64,000 nucleotides of DNA from a virus, in IMG/VR virus record IMGVR_UViG_3300033141_003168, positions 32,001-96,000 of that record. One strand, written 5' to 3'. The position numbers and the translations under genes were made by a program. Below, piece after piece: positions 1 to 10,327 of the stretch (the first letter of the stretch is position 1; each line of letters opens with the position of its first letter). The notes beneath the pieces were generated by a model. It searched no databases. It was not told the DNA's origin and worked only from the letters and a program-made list of their open reading frames with translations.

Positions 1-678
1 CTGCGGTATATGGTCGATTACGTCGGGGAAGATTCATCTTTCAAACGACTGTTACAACTTAATGGCGCAGGGTCAAGCAAAATAACGAAACTAAAGTTTG
101 ACGAATTGTGTGTTCTGCATGAATACAGGATGGGTGAAGTTAATATCGGTTCCGATATTTTGGACATGGTGCTTCAATTACGCGGTCAGTTGAAACGTGA
201 CGGGATTACAGTTTCGGATAGACGTTGGAGAACCGCGTTAGACATTTTGAAAGTAGAAGCAATGTTGCAAGAACGCAACGATGTTCACCAAGACGATCTT
301 GAGATACTCGCGCACATGTTATGGAACCAACCTTCAGAGAAGAAGCAGGTAATGAGCGCGGTCATGCAAATATCCAACCCGGCACTTATGAGGGCAATCG
401 AAGTGAAGGATGTGTGCGCAGATGTTTATTCAAAAGCAATGAGCGCACCGGACGACGAGAAGGACGGGTACGGTATCGAGGCGAATAAGAAACTCGGAAC
501 CGGTATTAAAGAATTAGAAGGACTCGTAACAGTTCATCAGTCGAAAAGATTGGGTGAAATCATTAGTCAGTTGCGGAGATGGAAGTCAGAGGTTTTACAT
601 CATTGTCTTGGGATTTCACCAATGGAAGACGAAGATGACGACGAGGAAATCGACGATGAAGCGGAGGTTCTGGTTTAA
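1..678 (+). CDS. MoxR/RavA-like AAA+ ATPase, C-terminal part (5' truncated by window edge)
   Basis: Frame is open from base 1 (LRYMVDY...). The lid-type motif 'VSDRRW' and the position directly before a VWA gene fit RavA/MoxR. Confidence 0.7.
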   Translation: MRYMVDYVGEDSSFKRLLQLNGAGSSKITKLKFDELCVLHEYRMGEVNIGSDILDMVLQLRGQLKRDGITVSDRRWRTALDILKVEAMLQERNDVHQDDLEILAHMLWNQPSEKKQVMSAVMQISNPALMRAIEVKDVCADVYSKAMSAPDDEKDGYGIEANKKLGTGIKELEGLVTVHQSKRLGEIISQLRRWKSEVLHHCLGISPMEDEDDDEEIDDEAEVLV

Positions 679-715
679 GGCAGTTTGACAATACGCAACA
701 GTAGGAGGCGCAAAC

Positions 716-2230
716 GTGGAAATGGAATTAGACAAAAACACGGTCAATAACGACGCATGGGATTTAGGTACTTACGCAAACCTCGAAAAGGACTCCGACG
801 TACTACAAGAGGTTTCGAGCGAAGGTACGGATACATTAAATACCTTTCCGCACTTGATGGAAGACTTGTTTTCATCATATTTTAAGTTCGCGCCGAAAGT
901 GAAAGAAGAGGTTTCTTCGGAAGTAAGTCTGAACAAAAGCCTCATCGAGGAAACCATGACCACCAGTGAATACGGCAACTTGAGAATGGCAACACAGTTA
1001 GACGAATTCAATTCGGCAATGGCAGTTGCGGTGACCTCAAAGGAACTCGTAGAAAAGATCAGAGAATCAAGCGAACTTTCAGAGGCGGCGCGGGACGCGA
1101 ATCAAGTGAACGCATTGTCCACAGAACAGGCCGACATTGACGCAAGCCTTGAGTCGTTAAGAGACTTGTTAAAAAACAAGCTGAAAAAACCTTTAGAGAA
1201 CAAATTGAAAAGGAAGCAGGGGCAGTTACAGAAGGACGCGAAGAAATGTTCATCTCAACTTGCCGCAAGTGAGAAGCAAATGCAAAAGTCCATAAGCGGG
1301 ACACGCGACCAACAACGGGTAGCAATGAGGGCGGCGGTTCAGGCCGCGTCAGACAAGGTAGATGAAATGTCGCAACAGTGTGACGCATGGGGCAGTGAAC
1401 CGGGTGCGATTACTAAGATGCCATTGGGCCAAAAAATTGCACTTGCGAAAAGGTTGTCAAACGCCGACAAGTTAAAAAAGATTGCTGAGTATGCGGGGCG
1501 TATAAAGAACATCGCGTTTCGTAAACAACAAACAAGAATCAAACGTGGTGCAACAGAAATAGAGTCCATTGAAACCGGCAACGACTTGGGTAAGATGTTA
1601 CCAAGTGAACTCGCACTTTTAACACCGGAACTTGAAGACGAATTTCTCCGTAAATATTCCGAGAAAGGATTATTGCAATACAGCCTGAACTCGAAAGAGA
1701 AATTAGGTCGTGGGCCGATGGTAGTTTGCATTGATACTTCCGGTTCGATGAGTGGTCAACGGGAGTACTGGTCAAAGGCCGTCGCACTCGCACTTTCGAG
1801 TATTGCAATAAAAGAGAAACGAGGGTTTGTTTTGATCTTCTTTTCATCTGGTAGTGATTGTGTTGAATTTGAGTTTCCCATAGGCGGGAAAGATCGACTT
1901 CAAAACATGATGTCTGCAATGGAAACATTTATCGGTGGCGGTACGGATTTTGAAGTACCGTTGGTGAGGGCCATGAGTTATATTGAAGGTTCGGAATACA
2001 AGAAGGCAGACATCATTTTCATTACCGACGATGAGTGTGATGTTAGTGATAGCTTTGCTAAAGAATTTGATGCCCTAAAAGAAGAAAAAAGATTTTCTTG
2101 CTTTGGAATTTCGGTGGAAGCTTCGCATAACACGCTTGATACTTTTTGCGACAAAGTATTTCCTATTCACGAAATGGCAAACGACGTGGCAGTGTTGGAC
2201 GGTTTATTCAGTGTAGATTATTCAAAATAA
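716..2230 (+). CDS. VWA-domain protein (ViaA-like partner of the AAA ATPase)
   Basis: MIDAS motif 'CIDTSGSM', 'GGTDF' and 'IFITDD'; long N-terminal coiled coil. Confidence 0.85.
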   Translation: MEMELDKNTVNNDAWDLGTYANLEKDSDVLQEVSSEGTDTLNTFPHLMEDLFSSYFKFAPKVKEEVSSEVSLNKSLIEETMTTSEYGNLRMATQLDEFNSAMAVAVTSKELVEKIRESSELSEAARDANQVNALSTEQADIDASLESLRDLLKNKLKKPLENKLKRKQGQLQKDAKKCSSQLAASEKQMQKSISGTRDQQRVAMRAAVQAASDKVDEMSQQCDAWGSEPGAITKMPLGQKIALAKRLSNADKLKKIAEYAGRIKNIAFRKQQTRIKRGATEIESIETGNDLGKMLPSELALLTPELEDEFLRKYSEKGLLQYSLNSKEKLGRGPMVVCIDTSGSMSGQREYWSKAVALALSSIAIKEKRGFVLIFFSSGSDCVEFEFPIGGKDRLQNMMSAMETFIGGGTDFEVPLVRAMSYIEGSEYKKADIIFITDDECDVSDSFAKEFDALKEEKRFSCFGISVEASHNTLDTFCDKVFPIHEMANDVAVLDGLFSVDYSK

Positions 2231-2255
2231 ACTACTACGGAAACCGGATTAATAA
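2229..2255. repeat. 27-bp palindromic element, copy 1
   Basis: AAACTACTACGG-AAA-CCGGATTAATAA; overlaps the VWA stop and precedes the next RBS. Confidence 0.9.
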
Positions 2256-2272
2256 AAAAAGGAGAAAATATT

Positions 2273-2818
2273 ATGTCTAAATTTGAAATTGTAGTTTACG
2301 CAGTGAAAGAAATTATGGTTAACAGCACCGAAGAGGGTGCGGAAGTTGGAGAAAAAGAACTTAGTTTTCAAAAATTTCCTATAGCGTCTATTGTGTATTC
2401 TAAGGCAGTAGTTCTGGCGAGTTATGATCCTCGCGAAGTGTACTCTGTAGGTGTATCCGTAATGTCTGCAAAAGACAATCCCTGCAAGAAAACAGGTAGA
2501 GTGATAGCATCACAAAGGGCTATCGGTGTGCTACTCGCAGACAGGAATAACGGTGCTTATAAGAGACACGCCGAAGCGTACAAGAAGGATCGAAGCGTGG
2601 TGCATAAGAATGTGCGTGTTATCACCGAACTTGAAGGTATTGTGGATGTACGTTTTTTTAGTTATACACTTGTGAGCGCAAGCGGGAAATATTATTTTAC
2701 AACCGCAGATTTTGCTGTGCGCATAAATTTTATTTTTGGCGCATTACTCAAACCGGAGGATGTACCGGAGAAAATAAAAGCCGTGCTGGATAAGAAAACG
2801 GAGGTCGCTAAAAAATGA
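2273..2818 (+). CDS. hypothetical phage protein
   Basis: AAGGAG RBS; motif 'GVSVMSAKDNPCKKTGRVIASQRA'. Confidence 0.6.
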   Translation: MSKFEIVVYAVKEIMVNSTEEGAEVGEKELSFQKFPIASIVYSKAVVLASYDPREVYSVGVSVMSAKDNPCKKTGRVIASQRAIGVLLADRNNGAYKRHAEAYKKDRSVVHKNVRVITELEGIVDVRFFSYTLVSASGKYYFTTADFAVRINFIFGALLKPEDVPEKIKAVLDKKTEVAKK

Positions 2819-3678
2819 GCAAAGCGTTAACCGAACTACAAAAATCAATAGGCAAACATTCACTGTTAGGATCAATCGTGTACTGGTCATTTCATGATGT
2901 AGACATACCGGCAGACGAATTGCAAATGGCCCTTAATGCATACGATCTTGATTTAAAAGTTGCGAATGTTTCAGATCGCCGTGCGCTGACGAAAGCGTTA
3001 GGAATTTTGAAACGCGCCTCAAAAGATAAGTTAATAGACAAGATCATCGAGGACGAAGATCAAGTTGTGTATGCAGTGTTGGACAAAGCCGTTGATTATA
3101 AGGAAATGGAATTGAACGTCGAAAATCTTAATGCGGTAATTTTCGACAAGGCCACAAAGATACTTGAATTCAAGAAAAATGGTGACGCAATTTCTACCGA
3201 AGTCGAGGAGTTGTTTTATAGTCTTCAAGGTACATATAACGCGGAGGACATGAGGCGGTTGGTTAAAACCTTTATCAAGCGACTTGGAGGTCTGACCTTA
3301 CGAGAACGTGGCGGTGTTTATTTTGTTCCGGTTACAGCATTGACGGAAGTTACAAAATTGAGTAAACTTGTCGATGCCCAATTTTCAGATTCCTACGTTG
3401 CGTCATTGGGAATCATTGACACAACAAAAACCAAAGCCACAGTGGAACGGGACTTCAATCGTGAGATGGTTTCGGAGATAGAATCGGCGGCAAATGAACT
3501 TGTAACGCTTCTTGGTAGTAATGATGAAGTCAGGGCGTCGTCGCTCGAAGTCAGACTAAAAAGATACAGGTTCATGCGGGACAAGGCTGAAATGTATGCC
3601 GAACTTTTACAGGCTGACTCAGGAGTGTTGTTTAAAAAGATACGCAAGATGGAAAAGATAGTTACGGAAATGTTATGA
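2815..3678 (+). CDS. conserved protein of AAA/VWA loci (DUF6744-like)
   Basis: 'LGSIVYWS' and 'LRERGGVYFVP' motifs; context next to AAA-VWA. Confidence 0.55.
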   Translation: MSKALTELQKSIGKHSLLGSIVYWSFHDVDIPADELQMALNAYDLDLKVANVSDRRALTKALGILKRASKDKLIDKIIEDEDQVVYAVLDKAVDYKEMELNVENLNAVIFDKATKILEFKKNGDAISTEVEELFYSLQGTYNAEDMRRLVKTFIKRLGGLTLRERGGVYFVPVTALTEVTKLSKLVDAQFSDSYVASLGIIDTTKTKATVERDFNREMVSEIESAANELVTLLGSNDEVRASSLEVRLKRYRFMRDKAEMYAELLQADSGVLFKKIRKMEKIVTEML

Positions 3679-4421
3679 TTGAACCGAACAACACAAAAAA
3701 GAAAACATGTCCGACCTGCGGAAATTCATTTGAAACTGAACATGGACAAAAGAAGTATTGCAATGACGACTGCTGGCCTTGTCGAAGCAAGACGTACTGG
3801 AAGCCGGGAGGAACCGGTGTTAAGAAAATGTTACAAGACGAGGCGCGGCGCAAACGGTACGAGAGGTTGAAGTGGTACATAAAATTCGGTTTGAACCAGT
3901 CTGAAATCGCGAAGGAGGAAGGTTTATCACGACAACGAATTTCTCAGTTAATTAAACGGTACGATTTGTATGAACTGTACCTCGATGTTAAACGAAGTTT
4001 GTCTGCTAAATTTTGTAGTAGGTGCGGTAAACTTATAGAAGATAAAACGGTACTTGCGATTAATTGTGTTGATTGTTCTCCGATTCCGATTATGGAACCA
4101 CGTCCATGCAAAGGTTGTGGGCGTAGTATTACAACGGCAAGTTGGGGTTACTGTCAAACGTGTTACCGTAAGTACGGGCCGAAAAACAAAACGTGTTCTT
4201 TATGTGGCGCAAAAACTGTAGTTCTTTTAGGCAAAGGTTTATGTACTGTGTGTTATCAGCGGTTATATCACAGGGCCAAAGTTGCGGCAAACGGCGGGGT
4301 ATTAATTCCGCGTAGAATTGTAACCAATCAGGAACTTAAAATTTGCGAGGAGATGAAAAGCGAGATGCTTTTAAGCCCTAAACGGAAAGGGGGTAGGCAT
4401 AAACGCACGACCGTTAGATAA
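3675..4421 (+). CDS. multi zinc-ribbon protein with HTH
   Basis: Many CxxC pairs and the HTH 'LNQSEIAKEEGLSRQRISQLI'. Confidence 0.65.
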   Translation: MIEPNNTKKKTCPTCGNSFETEHGQKKYCNDDCWPCRSKTYWKPGGTGVKKMLQDEARRKRYERLKWYIKFGLNQSEIAKEEGLSRQRISQLIKRYDLYELYLDVKRSLSAKFCSRCGKLIEDKTVLAINCVDCSPIPIMEPRPCKGCGRSITTASWGYCQTCYRKYGPKNKTCSLCGAKTVVLLGKGLCTVCYQRLYHRAKVAANGGVLIPRRIVTNQELKICEEMKSEMLLSPKRKGGRHKRTTVR

Positions 4422-4448
4422 AAGTTAGTAATGAAAGGAGCCAATAAA

Positions 4449-5489
4449 ATGGCAAAGAAAAAAGTAGCAAAGAAATCAAAGGTAAAGACTGGAACAAAGA
4501 CGACAAAAAAGAAATCAACGGGAGCAAAAGCGACAGAAAAGAAAGTCAATAACGTCGGGCCAATTAAACAAGTTGATCCGAAAGAATTAAGTATTCACAA
4601 ACTGAATGCAAAATTCTTTGGCGCGATGGGCGCGGACGAGTTTGCGAAATTAAAAGACGACATCAAGGCAAACGGAATTCGCGTACCGCTTATTGTAACA
4701 AAGGACATGGAGATCATCGCGGGCAAGACAAGGTTGAAGATTGCGAAGGCACTCAAGTTAAAAGTGGTGCCGGTTACAATCGTCGGGTTTCCCGATGAAG
4801 AAGCAGTAGCAAGAGCCGTTGTGGGCGACAACATCCTCCGCAGGCAACTGATAAAGTCCGAGAAAGTTCGTATCGGTAAAGAACTTGAAGTCATGTTTAA
4901 GAAAACCGGTGGGGTTGAGAAACCCGGCAGGCCGAAGAAGGACAAAGCAGGTAAAGCAAAAGATCAGAAGAAAAAAGTCGGTGCGAAATATGTGAAGACT
5001 GGTAAAACCGCCGCCGATAAAGCAGCGGAAGAAATGGGTATTTCGCCTACACAGTATCAGGACACAAAACGCGCCGTCAAAGTTCCGAATGAAGTTGTGA
5101 AACGGCTTGACGCAGGCGACATTTCAATTACTCTTTCAGGTTCGATTTCCAAACTGCCGCCCGAAGGCAAAAAGAAGGCTGCGTCGATTTGCAAGAAAAC
5201 GGAGAATAAAAAAGTCTTGAAAGAGATGTTGGAAGCTCTTGTAAAATCGTTTACAGGCGAGGACGCAAACGCGGACAAGATCGTAAAGAAGGCAAACATC
5301 CTCAATGCAAGACTTCTTGATTTCATCGACAACGACTTAGCGCCGGTGTGGGCCAATGTTTCTGAAGGAAAGAGGACGGAATTTATCCAGAGTTTCAGGC
5401 AGATTCAAACTCGAATCGTCAAGATGAAAGAGGACGTGAATGGCGACAAAAAACCCGCAGACAAAAAGAAGAAAAAAGCGAAGAAGTAA
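4449..5489 (+). CDS. ParB-like protein (ParB-N domain plus HTH), Lys-rich termini
   Basis: 'DDIKANGIRVPLIV...IIAGKTRL' ParB box and HTH 'AAEEMGISPTQY'. Start moved to the ATG after AAGGAG. Confidence 0.8.
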   Translation: MAKKKVAKKSKVKTGTKTTKKKSTGAKATEKKVNNVGPIKQVDPKELSIHKLNAKFFGAMGADEFAKLKDDIKANGIRVPLIVTKDMEIIAGKTRLKIAKALKLKVVPVTIVGFPDEEAVARAVVGDNILRRQLIKSEKVRIGKELEVMFKKTGGVEKPGRPKKDKAGKAKDQKKKVGAKYVKTGKTAADKAAEEMGISPTQYQDTKRAVKVPNEVVKRLDAGDISITLSGSISKLPPEGKKKAASICKKTENKKVLKEMLEALVKSFTGEDANADKIVKKANILNARLLDFIDNDLAPVWANVSEGKRTEFIQSFRQIQTRIVKMKEDVNGDKKPADKKKKKAKK

Positions 5490-7533
5490 AGCAGTAATAA
5501 AGTTTCAACGAGTAGATGATTATGTGTGGGTAGCGTTTCCTTACGACGAGGAAATTCTTGCAGAGGTACAAAAGGTTGAGGGGCGAATTTGGGACGGACA
5601 AGTAAAGCAGTGGAAGGTGCCCGTTGAATGTTTTAAGGAGTTACATCATTACACCAAAGGCTTTCAACGGGAGTACGCGCCGAACCTGCTTGCACCACAC
5701 CTGTTTATCTCAGATCGCTACCCTTACCAGTTGCGATTACACTCTTTGAGTAAAAAGACTCGCGCACAAATCAAGGGTGAATATAAAACCGATCAATTCG
5801 GGATCATTAAACCCGGTCAAGCCATAAGGGCTTTGAAGTCCAGTTCGTTCGTCGTAGACGATCAGAGGGCTATTATGGACTTCATTGAATTGTTACACAA
5901 GGTCAGAACTTCCGTACCCAAAGCACCGGGGATAATTAGGACAGGCAAAGCGTTATTTCCTTATCAATATAAACCCGTCAATACGATGTTAGCCTTCAAG
6001 AGAATAATCGTTGGCGACGAGATGGGATTAGGAAAAGCCGCCTACGGAGTTTTCGCTTTTGCACGATTGCTTTTTCTCAAAAGGATTTCACGTTGTCTTG
6101 TAGTTTGTCTTTCGAGTAAAAAGTATGACTGGCGCGACGAGTTCGATTTTTTCACTAAAGGAATTTCAACGGCAGTTGTTGACGGCGACAAGGTGAAGCG
6201 AACTGACATTTGGAACGGTACGCAAAATGTTACCATCTGCAATTACGAACAACTGGTTAGTGATTTTGGTGAATCGACCACACAGTTTTGGGATGTGGTA
6301 ATGGCAGACGAGATTACTAAGATCAAATCTTTCAAGTCGAAGCGCACTAAGGCTTTTCGTAAATTAGAATCAGAATATCTGTGGATGTTTTCGGGTACAG
6401 TTGTCGAGAACAATTTGTATGAGTTATATAATGCCTTGCGAATATTACATCCCACAAAACTTGAACCTGTTCGACAGTTCGGTATGCGATATGTTAAGCA
6501 AGATCAGTGGGGTGGTATCAAAGGGTATCGTAACATGGACGAGATCAGGGCAAGAGTTCAAGGTATTGTAGTCAGGAGGTTTCGCGAAGATAAAGAGGTT
6601 ATCACAGGTGGCCTCGACAAACAACCCACGGTACACGACGAAGACCCCATCATCGTTGATTTGTGTCCTGTCACACAACGACTTTATAATGCAGTGTCGG
6701 AGGATATGCGCACGACGGCGAAAGCTGCAAATAAATTTGCCCGTGAATTTGGCGCGATGAACCGACTAATTGCAGAACTGATTGAACAACGCGACGAGAT
6801 AAAAAGGATCAAGGTGAAAAAGAAAGTCACAAGGAAAATCAATCGGCTTACCGAAACAATCGAACCAATTAGGAAAGACATGATGGAATTGAGAGGCGCG
6901 ACGGTTTCCTTGTTTACCTTGTTAAGGCAGATTGGGGATTCGCCTTTTTTGTTGCATGACTCGAACGCGGAGGTTGCGGAGAAGTATCAAATCGAGTATC
7001 TTTCAAAATCAGAAGAAGCGCACTCAACGAAGCTTCACAAGTTAGTGTGGTTGTTGCAGGAGGAAATTCCCGAGGGCGCGAAGGTCATAGTGTTCTCGTG
7101 TTTTGAAAGGATGGTACGAAGGATCGCACAAGAATTGAAGTCACACGGTATTACTCGAATGACAGTGGACGGATCGTTAGGAGCAGATGCAAAGTATCAA
7201 AGAGTGCAATCATTTAAGAAACGGCGTACTCGCATCCTTGTCGCTACTGATTGTTTGGCCTACGGCCAGAATCTACAAGAGGCTCAGTATATTGTGAATT
7301 ACGACTTACCTTTTAATCCCGCTGTGTTGCAACAACGCAACATGAGAAATAATCGTGGTGTAGCTACCATGTTTGATGATTTATATATTTATAATTTAAT
7401 TGCCAACACTCCGGTTGAGTTGCGTGTTCTTGAAGTCCTAAAGCCCAAGGTCGAAGTTTCTAAACAGGTGTTCATGTCCAAAAAGAGACAAGGGTTTGGT
7501 TTCAAGGGAATAGTTAAACTCTTGGAAATTTAA
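5440..7533 (+). CDS. SNF2-family helicase with N-terminal HARP-like domain
   Basis: 'GDEMGLGK', 'ADEIT', 'SGTVVENN', 'YGQNLQ', 'YDLPFNP'; N-terminal 'FPYD...RIWD...WKVP'. Confidence 0.85.
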   Translation: MATKNPQTKRRKKRRSKAVIKFQRVDDYVWVAFPYDEEILAEVQKVEGRIWDGQVKQWKVPVECFKELHHYTKGFQREYAPNLLAPHLFISDRYPYQLRLHSLSKKTRAQIKGEYKTDQFGIIKPGQAIRALKSSSFVVDDQRAIMDFIELLHKVRTSVPKAPGIIRTGKALFPYQYKPVNTMLAFKRIIVGDEMGLGKAAYGVFAFARLLFLKRISRCLVVCLSSKKYDWRDEFDFFTKGISTAVVDGDKVKRTDIWNGTQNVTICNYEQLVSDFGESTTQFWDVVMADEITKIKSFKSKRTKAFRKLESEYLWMFSGTVVENNLYELYNALRILHPTKLEPVRQFGMRYVKQDQWGGIKGYRNMDEIRARVQGIVVRRFREDKEVITGGLDKQPTVHDEDPIIVDLCPVTQRLYNAVSEDMRTTAKAANKFAREFGAMNRLIAELIEQRDEIKRIKVKKKVTRKINRLTETIEPIRKDMMELRGATVSLFTLLRQIGDSPFLLHDSNAEVAEKYQIEYLSKSEEAHSTKLHKLVWLLQEEIPEGAKVIVFSCFERMVRRIAQELKSHGITRMTVDGSLGADAKYQRVQSFKKRRTRILVATDCLAYGQNLQEAQYIVNYDLPFNPAVLQQRNMRNNRGVATMFDDLYIYNLIANTPVELRVLEVLKPKVEVSKQVFMSKKRQGFGFKGIVKLLEI

Positions 7534-7557
7534 TTACTACGGAAACCGGATTAGTTT
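7531..7557. repeat. 27-bp palindromic element, copy 2
   Basis: TAATTACTACGG-AAA-CCGGATTAGTTT; its TAA is the helicase stop codon. Confidence 0.9.
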
Positions 7558-7575
7558 TCGGAAAGGAGGGACACG

Positions 7576-8073
7576 GTGGCAAAGGTTGATAAGGCGTGGT
7601 GTATAAAAGAGTATCTTGAAATCGCGAGGGAAGAAGTGAAGATTAAAATCAGGAAAGAACGACTGGCAACGGCAATACAAAAACTCGCGGATAAGTTTGA
7701 CAAAGGTACTCCGAAAAATGCAACGCGCAAGTTTGAGGTAGTACACGGTAACAGGAAATACCGTTGCTCCAAAATAGCAAGGTCAACAACGATAGCACTG
7801 TCGGGTGTTGTTGAGGATGTGTTGGGTAAGGAAGCGAAAAACTTTAAAGTTGCAATCGTTAAGGTCGATGACAAATCACTGTCAGGCGATTGGGCCGAAA
7901 TTCCTAAAGAGGCAAAGGTTGCCTTAAAGCCCTACACGAAAGTCAAAAAGGAATACGACGTTAAGAAATTAAACGACGCATTTCTGAAAGGTGACATTAC
8001 CAAATCGCAACTTGTTTCAATGACAGAAGAGGTGGTTGTGTATAATGTCAAAGTTAGTGTTTTAAAGAAGTAG
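7576..8073 (+). CDS. hypothetical protein
   Basis: GGAGG RBS before a GTG start; 165 aa, basic. Confidence 0.6.
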   Translation: MAKVDKAWCIKEYLEIAREEVKIKIRKERLATAIQKLADKFDKGTPKNATRKFEVVHGNRKYRCSKIARSTTIALSGVVEDVLGKEAKNFKVAIVKVDDKSLSGDWAEIPKEAKVALKPYTKVKKEYDVKKLNDAFLKGDITKSQLVSMTEEVVVYNVKVSVLKK

Positions 8074-8108
8074 CGGTACTATAAAAACGAAGAGGAGCCA
8101 GAAGACAA

Positions 8109-9041
8109 ATGGCAACAGAGAAAAAGAAAAGCAAGAAAGTAATTAAGGACGTAAAGGCAGGCGCGGCAGTAAACGTAGAACAGAAGGACAGGATCGGCGC
8201 AAGATCAACCATGCGAGTGAACTTGGGAAATTATTGCCACACAGATCAAACAGTGTGGGTTGATCTTCCGGTAGGTTTTACGGAAGACGAACTTGCGGAA
8301 GCTCTCGCAGGTTCGCGCAAACAACTCGACGGCCTCAACGATGAAATCCAGGCCTTCTTAAAACGGGAGAATCTTTCGATAGGCGACATTCCTGAAGAGG
8401 ATGAAGAGGATGAAGAAGAAGATGAAGGCGAAGAAGAAGACAACGGCGAAGATGAGGAGCCGGAGGAAGATGGGGAAGACGACGAAGAAGAGGAAGAGGA
8501 AGACGAAGAAGGTGGGGAATCCATGACCCGCGACGAGATGGAAAAAAAGAAAGCCTCCGAATTGCGGAAAATTGCAAAGGGTCTCAAACTCGAAACAACG
8601 AAACTCGTTAAAGTTGACCTTATCAACTTGCTTGAAAAACATTGGGCCGAAGGCGGCGACGAAGACGAGGGTGATGAGGACGACGGCCTCGACGAAATGA
8701 CTCGCAAGGAACTCAAAGCGTATGTCAAGGAAAACGAACTCGAAGTGAAGTTCACGAAAAGCAAAACCGAAGAGGACATAGTTAAAGAAATTCGTGATCT
8801 CGAACCGGAAGAAGAAGAGGAGGAAGAGGAAGAAGATGAAGAAGGCCCGGACGAAGACGACCGTCGCGAAGAACTTGAATCCAAGAAGACCAAAATCGCG
8901 GAAGTAAAAAAGATTGCACTTGAACACGGCATTAAAACCAAGGACAAGAAACGTGCCCAGTTAGTCGAAGAAATTCTCGCCGCCGAGTTTGAAGAGGAAG
9001 ACGAAGATGAAGAAGAGGAAGACGACCTGGTCGAAGTTTAA
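8109..9041 (+). CDS. highly acidic protein with three small helical (Rho-N/HeH-like) repeats
   Basis: Poly-E/D tracts separate three roughly 35-aa 'ELRKIAK/ELKAYVK/EVKKIAL' modules. Confidence 0.6.
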   Translation: MATEKKKSKKVIKDVKAGAAVNVEQKDRIGARSTMRVNLGNYCHTDQTVWVDLPVGFTEDELAEALAGSRKQLDGLNDEIQAFLKRENLSIGDIPEEDEEDEEEDEGEEEDNGEDEEPEEDGEDDEEEEEEDEEGGESMTRDEMEKKKASELRKIAKGLKLETTKLVKVDLINLLEKHWAEGGDEDEGDEDDGLDEMTRKELKAYVKENELEVKFTKSKTEEDIVKEIRDLEPEEEEEEEEEDEEGPDEDDRREELESKKTKIAEVKKIALEHGIKTKDKKRAQLVEEILAAEFEEEDEDEEEEDDLVEV

Positions 9042-9052
9042 GGAGAAGAAGG

Positions 9053-10309
9053 ATGACGCAAACGAGTGGAAGTATAGAGAGTCGGGTTTTAAGTGCGGCA
9101 GTGAGGTTGAACAAAATCGACTATCTGACCACACGGTTGCGCGAGGAACATTTCACCGGTGTCAATCGGAAGGTGTTCAATTACTTGTTGGAGAAGTGGA
9201 GTCGCCATAAGGCGGCTCCCTCCTTCAAGTTTCTCCGCGAAAAATTTCCGACGTTTGAAGTAGCGTCGCCCAAAAAGTGCAAGGACTTTGAATACCTGAT
9301 TGAAGAATTAAGCGAACGCGCCACCACTGCGACGGTAGCAGGTTTACTTCGCGAGAGCGCAACGATGTTATCTCGCCTCCACGATGAAGGGAAAGTACTC
9401 GAAGTTTTAGATTTTCTCGAATCAAAAATCAGGATTGCGCGTTCACTCAGTATGTCGGGTGAAGCGTTTAAAATGAAAGAGAGGGCGGGCGATTTTATTA
9501 CCAACGACTACAAGAACATTGTTAAGATGGATGGGATGTTGGGAATACCTTTCGGGATCGAAGCGCTTGACGGAGCCGTTCACGGTATGAAGGATGGCGA
9601 ATTGATTGCGCTCTTAGCTTTTGCCGGTGAGGGCAAAACGTATCTTAGTCTTTTGATTTCAGGCTTGTTGTGGCAAGCGGGATACAACGTCGCGTTCTTC
9701 TCACTTGAAATGGACGCGGAGACAGTAGCGCGTCGGTTATATGCAGTTATGGCAGGCGTGTCGGTCGAGGATTATTTATCCGGCGTTTTATCAGATGAAG
9801 AGGTTGACAGGATAGAGGATTTTGCACAAGAGGCGAGTACATGGGACGCGGAACTTATCCTCGACGACGATCCCATCCTCACGAATTCAATGATGAAGTC
9901 AAAGTTGCATGAGTACGGAGTTGACGTAGGTATTGTCGATTATCTGACACTCATGCAAGGTGACCCGACATTAAAAGGTCACATACAGTTTGACGAGTTG
10001 GTGAAAGGTGCAAAATTAGTTGCGCGTGAATTGGGAATCCCGATTCTTGTAAACGCGCAAGGGACTAAAGACTCAGGCGAATCAAAAATACCTCCGAAGT
10101 TAAGTCAGGTGGGAGGTGGTATGCCATTGTCAAAACACACTGATGTGGTAATATCGTTTTGTAGGATCGGGCCGAACTACACAATAGCGATCCGCAAAAA
10201 CAGGAACGCATTATTACAACCCACGATTCGCCTTGTCTGGTCATTGACAGACGGAACAGGACTGCTTTGTGAAAGTACGATAATTCAGGATTTCAATACA
10301 GACATTTGA
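9053..10309 (+). CDS. dnaB: replicative DNA helicase
   Basis: 'GIPFGIEALD', Walker A 'AFAGEGKT', 'FFSLEM', 'VDYLTLM', 'KNRN'. Confidence 0.9.
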   Translation: MTQTSGSIESRVLSAAVRLNKIDYLTTRLREEHFTGVNRKVFNYLLEKWSRHKAAPSFKFLREKFPTFEVASPKKCKDFEYLIEELSERATTATVAGLLRESATMLSRLHDEGKVLEVLDFLESKIRIARSLSMSGEAFKMKERAGDFITNDYKNIVKMDGMLGIPFGIEALDGAVHGMKDGELIALLAFAGEGKTYLSLLISGLLWQAGYNVAFFSLEMDAETVARRLYAVMAGVSVEDYLSGVLSDEEVDRIEDFAQEASTWDAELILDDDPILTNSMMKSKLHEYGVDVGIVDYLTLMQGDPTLKGHIQFDELVKGAKLVARELGIPILVNAQGTKDSGESKIPPKLSQVGGGMPLSKHTDVVISFCRIGPNYTIAIRKNRNALLQPTIRLVWSLTDGTGLLCESTIIQDFNTDI

Positions 10310-10327
10310 GAAAGGAGTTTACCAAAA

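Noticed and set aside
8246-8947. Poly-Ser and Phe-rich minus-strand ORFs
   Set aside because: Antisense artefacts of GAA/GAG/GAC-rich codons in the acidic protein.
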